Of a stretch of 64,000 nucleotides of DNA, positions 13,001-26,100 are shown piece after piece. Every line of letters begins with the position of its first letter. The stretch's first letter is position 1. The notes beneath the pieces were generated by a model. It was not told the DNA's origin, did no database searches, and saw only the letters and a list, made by a program, of their open reading frames with translations. Source of the stretch: Camelus dromedarius (Eukaryota); assembly GCF_036321535.1 (NCBI RefSeq), contig NC_087447.1, forward strand, positions 48,858,001 through 48,922,000, written 5' to 3'. A program made the translations under genes and the position numbers.

Positions 13001-16000
13001 AAACTGGGAAAAAATTGTGTGGAAACATAAAAGATCTAGAATACAGCAATCTTGAAATAGGACATAGATGAAGAATTTACATTCCCTGATCTCTAAGCTT
13101 ACAGTAATGCCACAGTAATCAAGACAGTGTGGTATTAGTATAAAGATGGAAAAAAACAGATCAATGGAACAGAACACTTAGTCCAGAAGTCAGTGGTTAA
13201 TTGATTTTCAACCAAAGAGCAAAAGCAATTCAACGCGGAAAGAAAAGTCTGTTCAACAGTGCTAAAACAACTGGCTAGGAAAATGTTTTCTAGAAGAAAA
13301 CATAGAAGATTATTTTAATGATCTTTGGATAGACAAAGATTTCTTAGACAGGACCCAGAAAGACATAACCACAGAGACAAGTCGATAAAATAAAATTCAT
13401 CAAAATTTAAAGTTTAATTTAAAGCTTCTGCTTATCGAAAGATACCATTAAGAAAATGAGCAGGAAAGCCAGAGAGTAAATATTCAGTATACGTTTATCT
13501 GTATCTATATGTTGACAAAGGACTTCTATTCAGAATATACATACAACCCCTACAGCTCAACAGTAAGAAGATCCAATTAAAATTCAACTTTTAAAAAATG
13601 GGCAAAAGATATGAACAAACTCTGAATAAAGGAAGGTAAACAACTGGCCAATAAACACACAAACATGTGTTTTAATTTCATTATTCATTAACAAAATGTA
13701 AATGAAAACAACATTGAGATTATCATAACATGCCCACTAGAATGGCTCAACTTGAAAAGACTGGCAAACACCTAATGTGGTGAGAATGTGAAAGAGGCAA
13801 AATACATTGCTGTGGGAGTGTAGAGTGTAGTGATGCAATCACTTTGAAAATTAGTCTGGAATTTTCTCATAAAGTTCACGTGCACCTACCAAATGACTCA
13901 GCAATTCCACTTGTAAATATTTACCCAAGAAAATGAAAACACATGTCCATATAAAGATTTGTACGCTAATGTTCACAGTGGCTTTATTCTAAAACTGGAA
14001 ACAACCCAAATATCTATCAACAGGTGAATGGAAAAAAAAAGTTATGCTATATTCATATAATGGAATACAACTCAGCGATAAAAAGGAGTAAACTCTACCA
14101 AACAGTTAAAGAAGATTTCAAACCAATTCTTCCAAACATTGGAAGAGGAGAAAACACTTCTCAACTCATTCTATGAGATCATTGTTACCCTGATACCAGA
14201 AACCAGGCAAAGATATCACAGGAAAACAACAACTACAGACTAATCTCTCTTACGAGTATAGATGTAGAAATCCTCAACAAAATACTACCAAACTGAATCC
14301 AGCAACATATAAAAAGGAGTATACACCATGACCAAGTACTATTTATCCTAGGAATGTAAGATTGGTTTAATAACTGAAAATCAGTTAATGTAACACACCT
14401 TTTCAACAGAATAAAGGATAAAAACTACATGATCATCTCAATAGAATCAGATAAAGCATCTGACAAAATCCAGCACTGTTTCATGATTTTAAAAAACACT
14501 TAAAAAATTAAGACTAGAAGGGAACTTCCTCAACCTCCTTCATAAAGATCATCGATGAAAACCCACGGCTAACATCATATTTAATGGTAAAAATCTGAAA
14601 GCATTCCATACATGATCAAGAACAAGACAAGAACGTCCATTCTTACTGCTTCTATTTACATTGTGCTGGAAGTTCTAGCCAGAGCAGTTAGGCAAGAAAA
14701 AGCAATAAAAGGGACCCACACTGGAAAGGAAGAAGTAAAACTATCTCTGCATTCAGGTAACGTGATCTTCCATGTAGAAAAACCTAAGGAATCCACTAAC
14801 AAACTATTAGACTTACTAAACAAGTTCAACAAGATTTCAGGATACAAGATCTATATACAAAAGTCAATTGTATTTCTACAAACTAGCAATGAACAATCTG
14901 AAATTAGAAAACAGTTCCATTTAGAATAGTATAAAAAAGAACCGAAATACTCAGAAATAAATTTAACGAAAGAAGTGAAAAACTTGTATTCTGAAACCCA
15001 CAAAACATTGTTGAAAGGAATTAAAGACCTACATAAGTGGAAAGACATCTGATGTTCATAAATCAAAAAACCTAATATTATAGGATGAGAATGTGCTCTA
15101 CATTGATTTACAGTTTCAACGCAATCTCCATCAAAATCCCAGATGGCTTTTTTTTTCCCGCAGAAATTGACAAGCTAATCCTGAAATTCATATGGATACA
15201 TAAGGGACCATAAATTGTCAAAAGATTCTCAAAGAGGAAGAAGAAAATTGGAGGTCTCATATTTCTTGATTTCAAAACTCACTACAAAGATACAGTAATC
15301 AAGATCCCCTGATACTGGCATAAGGAGAGACATATAAATCAGTGGAACAGAACTGATAGTCCAGAATTAAACCATTATACTTATGGTCAATTGATTTTTG
15401 ACAAGAGTACCAAGATGCTTCATGGGAAAAGAACAGTCTTTTCAACAAATGATGCTGGAACAACTGGATAGCCCCATGCAAAGAAAGGAAGTTGGGCCCC
15501 TTCTTACATTACACATGAAAACTAACTGAACAGGGGCTGGAGGTAGGAGGGAAGGGGAAGTTCTTTAATGGGTATGAGTTTCAATTTCACGAGAAGAAAA
15601 GTTCTGAAGATTGGTTGCACAATCTGAATGTACTTAACACTGCTGAACTGTATACTCCAAAATAGTTAAAAGATAGTAAATTTTATGTTATGGATATTTT
15701 ACCACAATTTTAAAGTTTTTAATAAAAACATTTAACTTAAAATGGATCATAGACCTAAATATGAGAGCTAAAACTATAAAACTCTTAGAAGACAACAGGG
15801 GTAATTTGTGATCTTGGATTAACCAAAGCCTTCTTACAACACCAAAAGCATGAGTGGAAAAAAAGAAGATAGTTAAATTGGAGTTCAAAGGATGCTCTCA
15901 AAAAATAAAAAGACCACCCACAGAATGGGAAAAAATATTTGCAAATTAATTATCTGATAAGGGAACTGCATCCAGAATATATAAAGAACTCTTACAATTC

Positions 16001-16620
16001 AACAATTAAACGACAAATAACCCAAGTGAAAAATGGGCAAAGAATCTGAATGGAATTTCTCTAAAGAATATACATAAGTGGCCAATAAACATGTGAAAAA
16101 ATGCTTAGTGTCATTACAGAAATGCAAATCAGATCTACAATGAGAAACCACTTTAAAACCCACTGGAATGGCTATAATAAAAAAGATAAAAACAAATGTT
16201 GCTGAGGACTTGGATAAAGTGGAACCCTCATACCTTGCTGGTGGGAATGTAAAATGGTGCAGCCATTTTGGAAAACTGTTTGGCAGTTCCTCATAAAGTT
16301 AAATATGTAGTTACCATATGACCCAGAAGTTCTACTCCCAGGTGTATACCCAAAAGAAACAAAGCATATTTCCACACAAAAACTTGTACACAAATATTCA
16401 TAGCAGTGTTTTTCATAATTGTCAAAAAGTAGAAACAACCCAAATGTCCATCAACTGATGAACAAATAAAATGTGGTCTCTCCAGACAATGAAGTATTAT
16501 TCAGCTGTAAAAGGGATGAAGTACTGATACATGCTACAACATAGATGAATCTTAAAAACATTATAATAAACAGAAGAAGCCAGACACACAAGACTGCATA
16601 TTATGTAATAATGGGATGCA
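7040..16620 (+). mobile_element. Nest of decayed LINE-1 fragments (old L1M-type 5' regions, ORF2 pieces, several 3' ends)
   Basis: A-rich + strand; ORF2-like peptides e.g. IVLEVLARAVRQEKAIKG...EEVKLSL (14612..14929), LWKTVWRFLKKL...YNPAIPFL (11879..12070), MEYYSAMEKNEILPFVTTWMDLE (12098..12283); many stops and frameshifts. Confidence 0.92.
11490..12672 (+). mobile_element. Better-preserved 5'-truncated L1 (ORF2 C-terminus + 3'UTR) nested in older L1
   Basis: Well-preserved ORF2 end, 3'UTR and (ACA)n/A tail at ~12653-12672. Confidence 0.8.
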
Positions 16621-17019
16621 GAGTAGACTGGGGAGGTATAGCATACCATCAGTGTTTGCTGGATGGATAAATGCATTAAGTTAAATACCCAGGACCTGGC
16701 CCACTGGATTTAGGTGAAAGAGAAGGAAACTAAGGTAAGGCGGAGCTTTCTAAGCTGAGTGATTGAGGGCCAGGTGGGAACATTAAAGACACCTGGAGAG
16801 GCTGGGGAAACTGAAGATCTCAAGTCTCAGAGGAAAGCACAGATTTAAGAGCCATTGGCTTAGAGGTGATAAGGTGAGGTGATGGTTAACTTTACCAAGG
16901 GAAGGAGTTCAGAAGTAAGAGTAGGGGCGGGGGTGGGGGTGCACCTGAGCCTTCTGCCCTTACTTATTTTTGGAAGAGGGTGTTTGAGGCCCTGGGTATT
17001 CAAGTGACAAGAGGCGGGT

Positions 17020-17265
17020 GTGGTACAGGGGAAAGAACGGAGGACTTGGGTCTGAGGACCCAGGCTCTTTACTTTAGTTTCATCTTGCTGCATGACCTTG
17101 GGCAGCTGATCTGTCTGAATCTCAGTCTCCTCACCTGTAATCAGGGACAATAATGCCAGCTCTCTCTCCCTCCCAAAACTGTTGCCTGGACTCAAAAGGG
17201 AGAAAGCATAAGAAAGTGCTTTGTAAACTGTAAAAGACTCACCAAATGTAAGGGATTATTATTAT
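17020..17265 (+). mobile_element. MIR SINE
   Basis: tgaccttgggcagc...ctcagtctcctcacctgtaa...aaagtgctttgtaaactgtaaa. Confidence 0.7.
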
Positions 17266-18915
17266 TGCAGTGGGAGACGCAGAAGGCCAATAAAATGGAT
17301 TTGGTTGCAGTAAGCACAGGGGTTACTTTCTGTTTCTTGAAAAAAAAAAGAAAGCAAGAAAAACCAGCAGCAGCAAGTACTGCCAGGTGCACAGCGTAGT
17401 TTTTCCAACTTTGAGAAGCAAATAACAGAGAGGGGCCAACTGGCTCATCCCAAGAGGCCTGTCTTCACCAATTGAATCTGAAATCACGACCCAGGGAATG
17501 GCTGCAGGCACGGGCCCAGGACAGCAGGCCCTGTCCTGGCCGAGTGGGACCCAGGGAGTGCAAGGCCAACAGAGGTTGTCCACATGGCCAGAGACCTGTC
17601 CATGGGTCCCTGCGGCTTGGAGCTTCCTTCAGGCCCTGCCCAGCCAGATGTACTCCTTGGAGTCCCAGGTGGCCTGTGAAGGGTGCTGCCCAGCCCCCAG
17701 GCCATGTTCAGGAGCATCATCTCAGGGTTAGGCAGAGAAGTGACCATGGCTTCACCACAAAATAAGCCAAGTAGGGTTTCTATGGCTCTCCAGGTGGCCG
17801 GCCTCATTAGAGCTGAGGGCCACGTTGGGCCTGCCAGAACTGCGGAACACCGTCCAGCGCAGGAGGCTTGGGGAAGCTGTTTCCAGTTCTTTCCAGGCCC
17901 AGAGACACGTCTCCCCAATGCCTGGCTAGATGTGAGCCCAGGCAGTTTGTGTGCCAGCCTGGAGACTGTCCTCTCACACAACACCCTGGCCAGGGCGAGA
18001 GAGGACCTTAGCGACTGAGTCCAGCCCGCTTGCCCCCATTTTCAGTTGAAGAACCTGAGGCTTGCAGAGGCAGGAACCAACTGAAAGGTCAGATCGGGGG
18101 GCTTCTCTGAGGCCCAGCAATGTTGCAAAGAGCAGAAATCAGACTACAGCCTCCCCGCTGCCCACCTCTTCCCATTCCTGTTATTTTCCAGTTTCTTTCC
18201 ATCAGGACCATGGCTCTCTCACCTCCTGAGCTTCCTGGCCAGCCCAACTGGCCCCACCGGCCTGAGGCCTCCACCTGAGGCTAGGACTCCGCACCCCCCG
18301 CCCCAGCTCACCCGCGGCCCTGGGCTGCCCTGGGCAGTGGGTGTGGGCACCGGGGAGGGAAGAGGGTCAGGAGCTGCCACCCGGGTCCACTCCTGCCACT
18401 AATGGAAAAAATGTCACCTTTTGAAAAAACGACTCTTCCACTGAGACCCTGTGTGGGAGCTTCTGCTTTTCCTTACACCACCTCCCGGACCATTCATTCT
18501 TCCCTCTGACGTTCATTCTCATTCCCGGAAACCTTGCTGAGAACTGAGACTTGGCGCCGTGCCCTGTGCCCAGGGCACTGACACTACTTACCAACTCCGC
18601 CCGGTCCTTGGGTGCTCCCAGTCTGGTTGAGGAGACATCAGCGTGGGCATTTGCCACCAATGTGATCATGCTAGAGGCCCAGAGCATGCCCGTCAGCCCC
18701 AAGCCTTGACCGGTCAGAGAAGGCCTCAAATGGAACTTGAGGAAACACTTCCTGGAGAGAGGCATCCCAGAAGCCCGCACTGAGGGGAGAAGGAAAGAGG
18801 GACGACAGAGCTGGAGTTCCCGTGCCTCAAACTACAGGCTGAACGGGCGCAAAGAGGGTGAGGCTGAGGGTGACAGAAGAGGCCACGTGTGAAGATGGCT
18901 GAAGGCAGGTCTGAA

Positions 18916-19611
18916 GTGGGTTTTCCAACATCCCCAGGCAGTTAACGCAATTTTGACTCTCTCTACCTGGAGACAGAGTCATATCCCACAGTTTAAGGGC
19001 TTAGTCCCCTAAGATCACCCCCACCTGTGCTGCTGGCTAATTAGCTGTGAATTGGTGGTTCCGCAACCTCCTCCTCAGGTTTGATTAATTTGCTAGAGTG
19101 GCTCATGGAATTTAAAGAAATATTTACTTACATTTACCAGTTTATTTTAAAGGATATAGAGGATGAAGATGAACACCCAGATAAAGAGATACAAAGAGCA
19201 GAACCTGGAAGGGTTCCTAGTGAACACATGTGGGTGTGTTCACTAACCCAGGGGCTCTCTAAACCCCGTAGTTTAGGGATTTATAAACGAGCTTTATTAT
19301 GTAGGCACAATTGATTGAATCCTTGTGATTCAACCAAAGTCATTGATTCAACCTCCTCCAGACCCTTCCCCCTCCCTGAAGGTCAGAGGTCAGATGTGGG
19401 GTGTAGTGGGGCTGAACATTCCAACCCTCTAATCCAGGGTTGGTTCACCTGGCAACAATTCAGGTGTGGTTGAAAGGGGCTTGTTCTAAACAACAAAAGA
19501 CACTTTTATGGCTCTCGTCACTTACAAAATTCCATGAATTTTAGGAGCTATGTGCCAGAAACCGGGATGAAGACCAAATATATATTTCTTATGATAAATC
19601 ACAATACCACA
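18916..19611. mobile_element. MER21-like ERVL solo LTR
   Basis: Characteristic segments tacctggagacagagtcatatcccacagtttaagggcttagtccc, ttgattaatttgctagagtggctca and end aaatcacaataccaca. Confidence 0.7.
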
Positions 19612-20203
19612 GAAGCATAATGTTTGGAGTTGATCCTGTTAATGATGGGGAAGCCCCTGAAGTTTTGAGCAGGGGAGAGATACGATCAAATATGCATTCT
19701 AGAAACACCCTTCTGGCTTACAGGGCAAAGGCCAGGAGGACTGGGATTGAGGAGTCTGGGGGTGTCAAGTCCAACCCTCCCTTTTCCCTCAGAAGCTGGG
19801 GCCTTCTGGAGAGGTTCCAGGCAGTTCCAACAAGCCCACATTCTTTGTAGAATGCCAGGCCTGGTATTCCTTTTCCTTACTGAGCCTTAGGCTTCCCACC
19901 CAGCAATAGGAAGGATGAAACTCAATCATATCTCAGGGGATTTCACTCCCAGATAAATCAGAATCAACCATGGAACTTTCTACATGACAAACATATGGAC
20001 GTCGTCCCAAGCTTACTAATCACCCCTTCATTCCCCAAATATTTATTGAGCACAGTCCACGTCCTGGACAAGTTCTAGGCAGTAGAGACATGGCAATGGG
20101 CAAAGACCCAGCCCTCATGGAGCTTAGACTCTCTGGGGAGGGGACTGGACATCTATATTTAGAAAAGCTCCAATGGTGATCAGAAAAGATTGGAAAAGCC
20201 AGG

Positions 20204-20591
20204 TGTTATGGGCTAAAACGTGTCCCCCTCAAATTCATATGTTGAAGTCCTAACCCCCAGCACCTCAGAATGTGACTGCATTGGAGACAGGGCTGTTAAA
20301 GAAGTAATTAAGATAAATGAGATAATTGGGGGGGGGGGGTCTCATCTAGTATGACTGGTGTCCTTATAAGAGGAGGAGATTAGGACACAGACAGACAGAG
20401 GAGAGACCATGTCTAGACACAGGGAGAAGACGGCCATCTAAAAGCCAAGGAGAGATGCCTCAGAAGAAACCAGCCCTGCTGACACCTTGGCCTTGGACTG
20501 CTAGCCTCCAGAATTGTGAGAAAATTGATGTCTGTAGTTTAAGCCACCCAGTCTGTGGTACTCAGTAAAGGCAGCCCTAGCACATTAATAC
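20204..20591 (+). mobile_element. MLT1B-like MaLR solo LTR
   Basis: Starts TGTTATGGGCT...tgtccccctcaaattcatatgttgaagtcctaacccccag, ends gtttaagccacccagtctgtggt...gcagccctagcacattaatac. Confidence 0.85.
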
Positions 20592-21599
20592 CCCTAGCCT
20601 GACCCAGGAACTTAAAGGAACTGGCCAAGGACGCAGGATGCAGATGGGAAGGACATCTGAGCAGTGTGAGCTGGGTAACCCAAATCTTAGTGATATCTCC
20701 AGAGATCTGGCCCTGACAGAAGACAGTTAACTTCACATAGGTTCACAGAGGCATGATTCTCTGTTCGCTCAGAACAGCCTAGTGTTGCAGCCCTGCCCTA
20801 CACCCTGGCAGGCCTGGCTTGGGCTCCTGCTCACCCGCAAAGAGCCACAACTACAGGAATGACCCTAAGAGTCCAAGGTTCTTGCCCTCTGCAAGGAGGC
20901 TTCAGTGGGAATGGGCCTCGGGAACATCACCAGGGACCCATGCTGCCCAGAGAGACCCAGAATGGGCAAGGACCTGGCCTGAAGTCACACAGCATGACAG
21001 ATGACAGCCAACCAGTCTCACCCCCTGCTGGTCCCAGCTGCTTCACTCCTCCAGCCCCGGCACCTTGCCCAAACCTGCTGCCACCCACTCTGCTTTCCCA
21101 CCCTCTCTTCCCCACCTCTCTGGCTCTGGCTAAGGCCAGGAGCATGATTTCAGAATGATGAAACCCAGCTCCTAAGGTCACGCCGGCCTCTCTGCAGTGG
21201 CTGTAATTTTGCACTGCCCCATTCCCCCCCTCCCCCTGCCCCAGCAAGCTGGGGAAGCTTCCAGGCCTTTGGCACATGTCTGGGGGAAATGTGAGGATGA
21301 GACGATCAGAAGGGATCACTTCAAACCAGGTCAAGAGGAACTGTACATTACAGACCATCTCCTGACCAAGCGCTGGTCTGGGGGACACACAGACCCACAA
21401 TGCAACCTTCTGCTCACGTCATGCCTTCACCCGTCATCCCACTTAATCCTCGTGGCATCCCGTTTACACTGAGGCTTTCCAAGTCAACACCACCAGCTGC
21501 TGGTACCTCTGTCCCCCATGCTAGGCTGATTCATGTCTCTGGGGTCTTGCTGCTGCCGTTCTCCCTGTCTGGATTGTTCTTTTTTCCTTCTTCCCAATC

Positions 21600-21915
21600 C
21601 TACTTATCTCCTTTTCTTGGCTAACTCCTACTCATTCTTTAAGGCCTAGCTCTGGTGTCATCTTTTCCAGGAAGCCTTCCCTGACCATCCTCTCAGCAGG
21701 TGGGTCTATATGTGTCCCCTCTGCACACTCATAACAATCTATCTTTGTGTTCTTCACATTGTATTTTAATTACTTGCTTATGTGTCTGTCTGTTCCCTCA
21801 TCCAGAATGGAAGCTTCCCAAGAGCAGGGATGGGGTTGGAACTAGGTCTGATCCATCCTGATGCCCCAGCCCCCAGCACAGAGCGGAGCATAGCATGAGT
21901 CACTGAATGTTTGAC
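21600..21915 (+). mobile_element. L2 LINE 3' fragment
   Basis: ctaactcctactcattctttaagg...tccaggaagccttccctgacc...cccagcacagag. Confidence 0.65.
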
Positions 21916-22152
21916 AACCTGCTTCCCCACCCTAACAAAGAGAGATGAGGCAGGAGTGTTACCCTCCCCTGCCATTTTACAGAAAACTGAGGCCCAAGAG
22001 GAATTACCTGAGCTGTTCAAGGTCCCAGGGTGAGATAGTATCAGAGCAGGGACTAGAATCCAGCCCTCCTGGAGCTTAGACTAGTTCTCTTACACTGCAA
22101 GGACAACATTATTGGAGCAGCCAGCCAAAAGGGCCCACTGAGCCATCCTCGG

Positions 22153-22650
22153 TGTATTAGTTTCCCATTGCTGCTATAATGAATTGCCACAAACTTAGTG
22201 GCTTAAAACAACATAACTTTTTTCTCTTATAGTCCTGGAGTTCAGAAGTTCAAAATGGGTCTCACTGGGCTAAAATCAAGACATTGGTAGCTCTGTATTC
22301 GTTTCTGAACACTCTAGGGGAGAATCCATTTTCTTAATTCTCCCAGCTTCTCGAGGCTGCTCCTATTCCTTGGCTCATGGCCATCTTCTTGCTTCAAAGC
22401 CAGCAATGGCTGGTCAAGTCTTTCTTACACTGCAGCACTCTGACACTCCCCCTTGTGCTTCCCTCTTCAATGTATTAGGATCTCACGATCGCACTGAGCT
22501 CGCCCAGATAAATGAGGTTAATCGCCCATCTCAAGCAGCTGATCTGCAATCTTAATTCTCTTTGCCCTGTGATCTAACATATCCTCAGGTTCCAGGAAAT
22601 AGGAAGTGGCTATCTTTCAGAGGTGAGGGGTTGTTATTCTGCCTACCACA
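22153..22650 (-). mobile_element. MLT1C/D-like MaLR solo LTR
   Basis: tgtattagtttcccattgctgct...cacaaacttagtggcttaaaacaaca...ttattctgcctaccaca (reverse-oriented LTR ends). Confidence 0.8.
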
Positions 22651-23010
22651 CTGGTGGGCAAGAAAGTAACGGATCTGTCAAGGGTGAAGTGACACCCTCA
22701 GCAGTGTGCCCAGAAATGTCCTGGCTTAAACCTGTCATCCTGAGGTAATTACTGATAGCACCCCCTTCCACTCTCAGAATTATTTGAAGGATAAATCGTA
22801 TGGTTACCCTAGTCACAGACTATCAGAGCAGGTGGTCCAAGCCTACCACTTTGTAGATAAAGAAATTAAGGAAGGGAAGAAACTTGCCCTCCTGGTCACA
22901 CAGTGACAGAGATGAGAATAAAATTCAGATCTTCTGTCAGGAGGAGAAAGCCAGGGTGGTGCCCAGTTCAGACTGAAATTTTTCTTTCATCAAGTCAAGA
23001 AAGCTTCCTA

Positions 23011-23145
23011 TGGGGTAGGGTATAGCTCAAGTGGTAAAGCACATGCTTAGCACGCACAAGGTTCTGGGTTCAATTCCCAGTACCTCCGTTTAAAAAAACT
23101 AATTAAATAAGTAAACTTAATTACCCCCTCAAAAATAAATAAAAG
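23011..23145 (+). mobile_element. tRNA-Ala-derived SINE of camelid Vic-1 type
   Basis: GGGGTAGGGTATAGCTCAAGTGGTA (A box)...GGTTCAATTCCC (B box), A-rich tail; 15-bp TSD caagaaagcttccta (22996-23010) / caagaaggcttccta (23146-23160). Confidence 0.85.
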
Positions 23146-26100
23146 CAAGAAGGCTTCCTAGAGGAAGTGGTAGGCAGTCATCGGTGATGATGGTAATGAA
23201 GATGATGATGACAACTTATTAAATACTTCCCATATTCCAGGCAGTGCTAAGTAATGCTGAATATTTTATATGTATCATCTCCTTTGGTCCTCATGAAAAT
23301 CCTGGATCATTTTACAAATAGGGAACTAAGATTTAGAGTAGTCAAGTGACCAACCAGTAGGTACTGAAGCTCAGTTTCAAACCCCTATCCTTCTTATTAT
23401 AAACCTAATGTCTTTCCTCTCTGCTTAGAGGGTTACTGACCTTGGGGAACTAAAAGGACTAGAAGCTTTACTCTGGAGAAGAATCAGCTTTGGGGTAGAG
23501 GTGGAGGGTGAAGGAGGGGCTGGTGATTTATCAAGCCTGGGAATCTATGCGGGAAAGAACACGAAGCTGAGGTGGCTCTATCAGTTGTGTTTAATTTCCA
23601 CTGAGGAGTAAATTATGGTCACAGCAGGAGGAGTTTATCTATCTGTTTTAAAAGGTTTATTTTTTCCATATCTGCTCAAAGTAGCACATTTGGAAAATGC
23701 CAAAAGCAAAAAGAAGATAATAACTATCATGATAATTCCATACTCCCAACAAACCACTGTTAAGATTTTGACACATTTCCTTACAGGGATTTTTTTTAAT
23801 GAAATATTTTAACATATGAAAAAGTATAAGAACAATGTTATCGACACCCATGTACCCACCGTTCAGCTTGAGAAATAAGCTGTTACATTCATGAACTCTG
23901 GTGCACCTGTTTCCCATTGAATTCCCTGCTTCCCTGACAAGAGATCCTTCCAGACTTTTCTCTATGCATATAACTTTTACTTAGTTGATATCACTGTGAT
24001 TTTACAATTTTACCAGAAGAGTTCAGGAGAAACATCAGAGGATCTCAACCTCCCTCAGTCAGCAGTTCCAATTTTTTTTTTTCTTACGGAAAAGAGAAAG
24101 AAGCTTTGGAATGGCTCCACATTCACACATGTGGTTCTTGGTGGCCTAGCGATGTCACAGCACCCTTGGTGTTTCCTACCCCAGGTGTGTGGGTGTGAAT
24201 CTGGTTCAGCACAGTCCCTCCTCCTGCCCTCTCCCCACCTGTCTGACCCATGTGCTCTCCATCCTCCCTCTTGGTCTCCACCTTTCCCTTTTCTCCCCTC
24301 TCAGCCTCACTGCCTTCTCCTGTCAGTCCCTTCCCTTGTCGTCCCATCTCCTGTCTCAGGCCCCTCTCCTCATCTAAGCTGCTGCCCCTCCTCTACTGTG
24401 ATGCTCAGCCAGGTGGACAGAGCAGCTCTGCTTCCTGCCAAAGGTCTTGCTGCCCAAGGGTTATAAAGTCCCCCACATCTTCCCCGCCGACACCTGGAAT
24501 TCCTCCATTTCAGCTAAGTCCTTGATTATCAGGACTGGAAGCGCACTTAGAGACTATCTAGCACCCCCTCTTCCTGGCCCCATTTTATAGCTGAAGAAAT
24601 AGGCTGAGGGGAGAATTGATCTGCCCGGCATCACCCGGCAGGGTGGACGACAGAGCAGAACCAGAACCGGGGGCTCCTGCCTCTTGTTCCAGTACTCTTG
24701 AGACCCCTCCCACTGGGTCATACCCACAAGCCTGCTTCCAGAGAAACGGTGTGTTGTGTGCCTGGGTGTGGGGTGCTGTCCCCTGCCACTGTCATCTCTG
24801 GAGCAAGGAAGTACCTGCAGCAGGGCAGGAGTAGGGTGGGCCACGACCTGGCATCTGAGACATCCATTCGAGGGAAGAGGGTCAGAGCTGGCGAGGTCTC
24901 CGATCATCCAGAGCCCACTCCTTCCAGGCGGAAGGAAGCTGGAGCTCAGAGGGACTGTGCTTTGCCCAGGAGAAATGCACAGTCTGTGGTGTTGCCACCT
25001 GATTCATGCTGACTGGCTGCCCAAACTGGCTTGTGGTCTGGGAGAAAGAAACCCATGGGCCCTGAGGAGACACAGCCTCTCTTCCCGTGTTCACGTGTCC
25101 CCTCTTTCTCATTTTCTGAGACACACACGTGTGTTAGTGAGAAAAAGCAGGACTGCTTGGGAGCAGTGAGGAGCTAGTGGTTGGTTGTGAGATCATTCTG
25201 CAAAAAGTCTTAAGTGCCAGATGAATTTGATCTTGATCCTGTGGGACGTAAGGAGTTAGGACATAGGATGGAGGCCTGCTCTATCATTTAGTAGTTGTGT
25301 GACCTTGGGCAAGTAACTAAATAAACTCTGAGCCTCCAGATCCTCATCTGTAAGACTGCATAACGGTAACATTTAATGTGCAGATTAAATAAGATGGTGC
25401 AGGGGGAGCACACAGTGCAGAGCCTGGCACACACATTTACCCACGGTGAGTGGCACCTGTGTCACTCCTGCAGATATCCTGGGCTTGCACTGGGTGCTGC
25501 TGCCAAGAACCTTAGACCTACACCTAGTTTAGCTGCACCCAATTTCTTAGACCTTGCTTAGTACCTCACTATCAAAGGCCTGACCCCAAAGAGGGTCAAA
25601 GGTGAGAGAGATGTGTTCTCTCTAACCTGTCAAACACAGAGCTCATGGTCTTTCTGAACAGCTAGCTGTGTGCACGCACAGGAGCTGTGATTCTTACTGG
25701 TGAGGGGACAGGTGTGACATGATGGAGGCAGGTGTCCTGGGAGGGAGGACCTGGAGGTGCAGGGCTGTGAGGCAGCTCTGGCCAAACCACATGTTCCTCG
25801 GGGATAAAGGGCCAAGATTCTGCTCTGAATGCCAGTGCCCAGCACAGGGCAGACATCAGGGAGTGACAGTGGGCTGCCTGTCCCGCTGCATCCAGACCCC
25901 TCTCAACAACATCCACAGGCCACCAGGGATGCTGCAAAGACCACAGACTCAGGGGCAGCCCCTCCTGAGCTCACCCCAGCTTCACCACCACTAACTGGAA
26001 ATGGAACAAGCCTCCCCTGCAGCCTCTCCGAATCTCAGTTTCTCATCTGTCAACAGGATACTACTACTCACCTGATGGAGTTGACCTATTCCATGAAACA

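Noticed and set aside
7040..16620. Reverse-transcriptase/ORF2-like ORFs as an active or novel retroelement system
   Set aside because: Only short, frameshifted, nested fragments of ordinary LINE-1; no intact ORF1 or ORF2
23011..23090. tRNA-Ala-like gene
   Set aside because: Diverged stems, an A-rich tail and flanking TSDs indicate a SINE, not a functional tRNA
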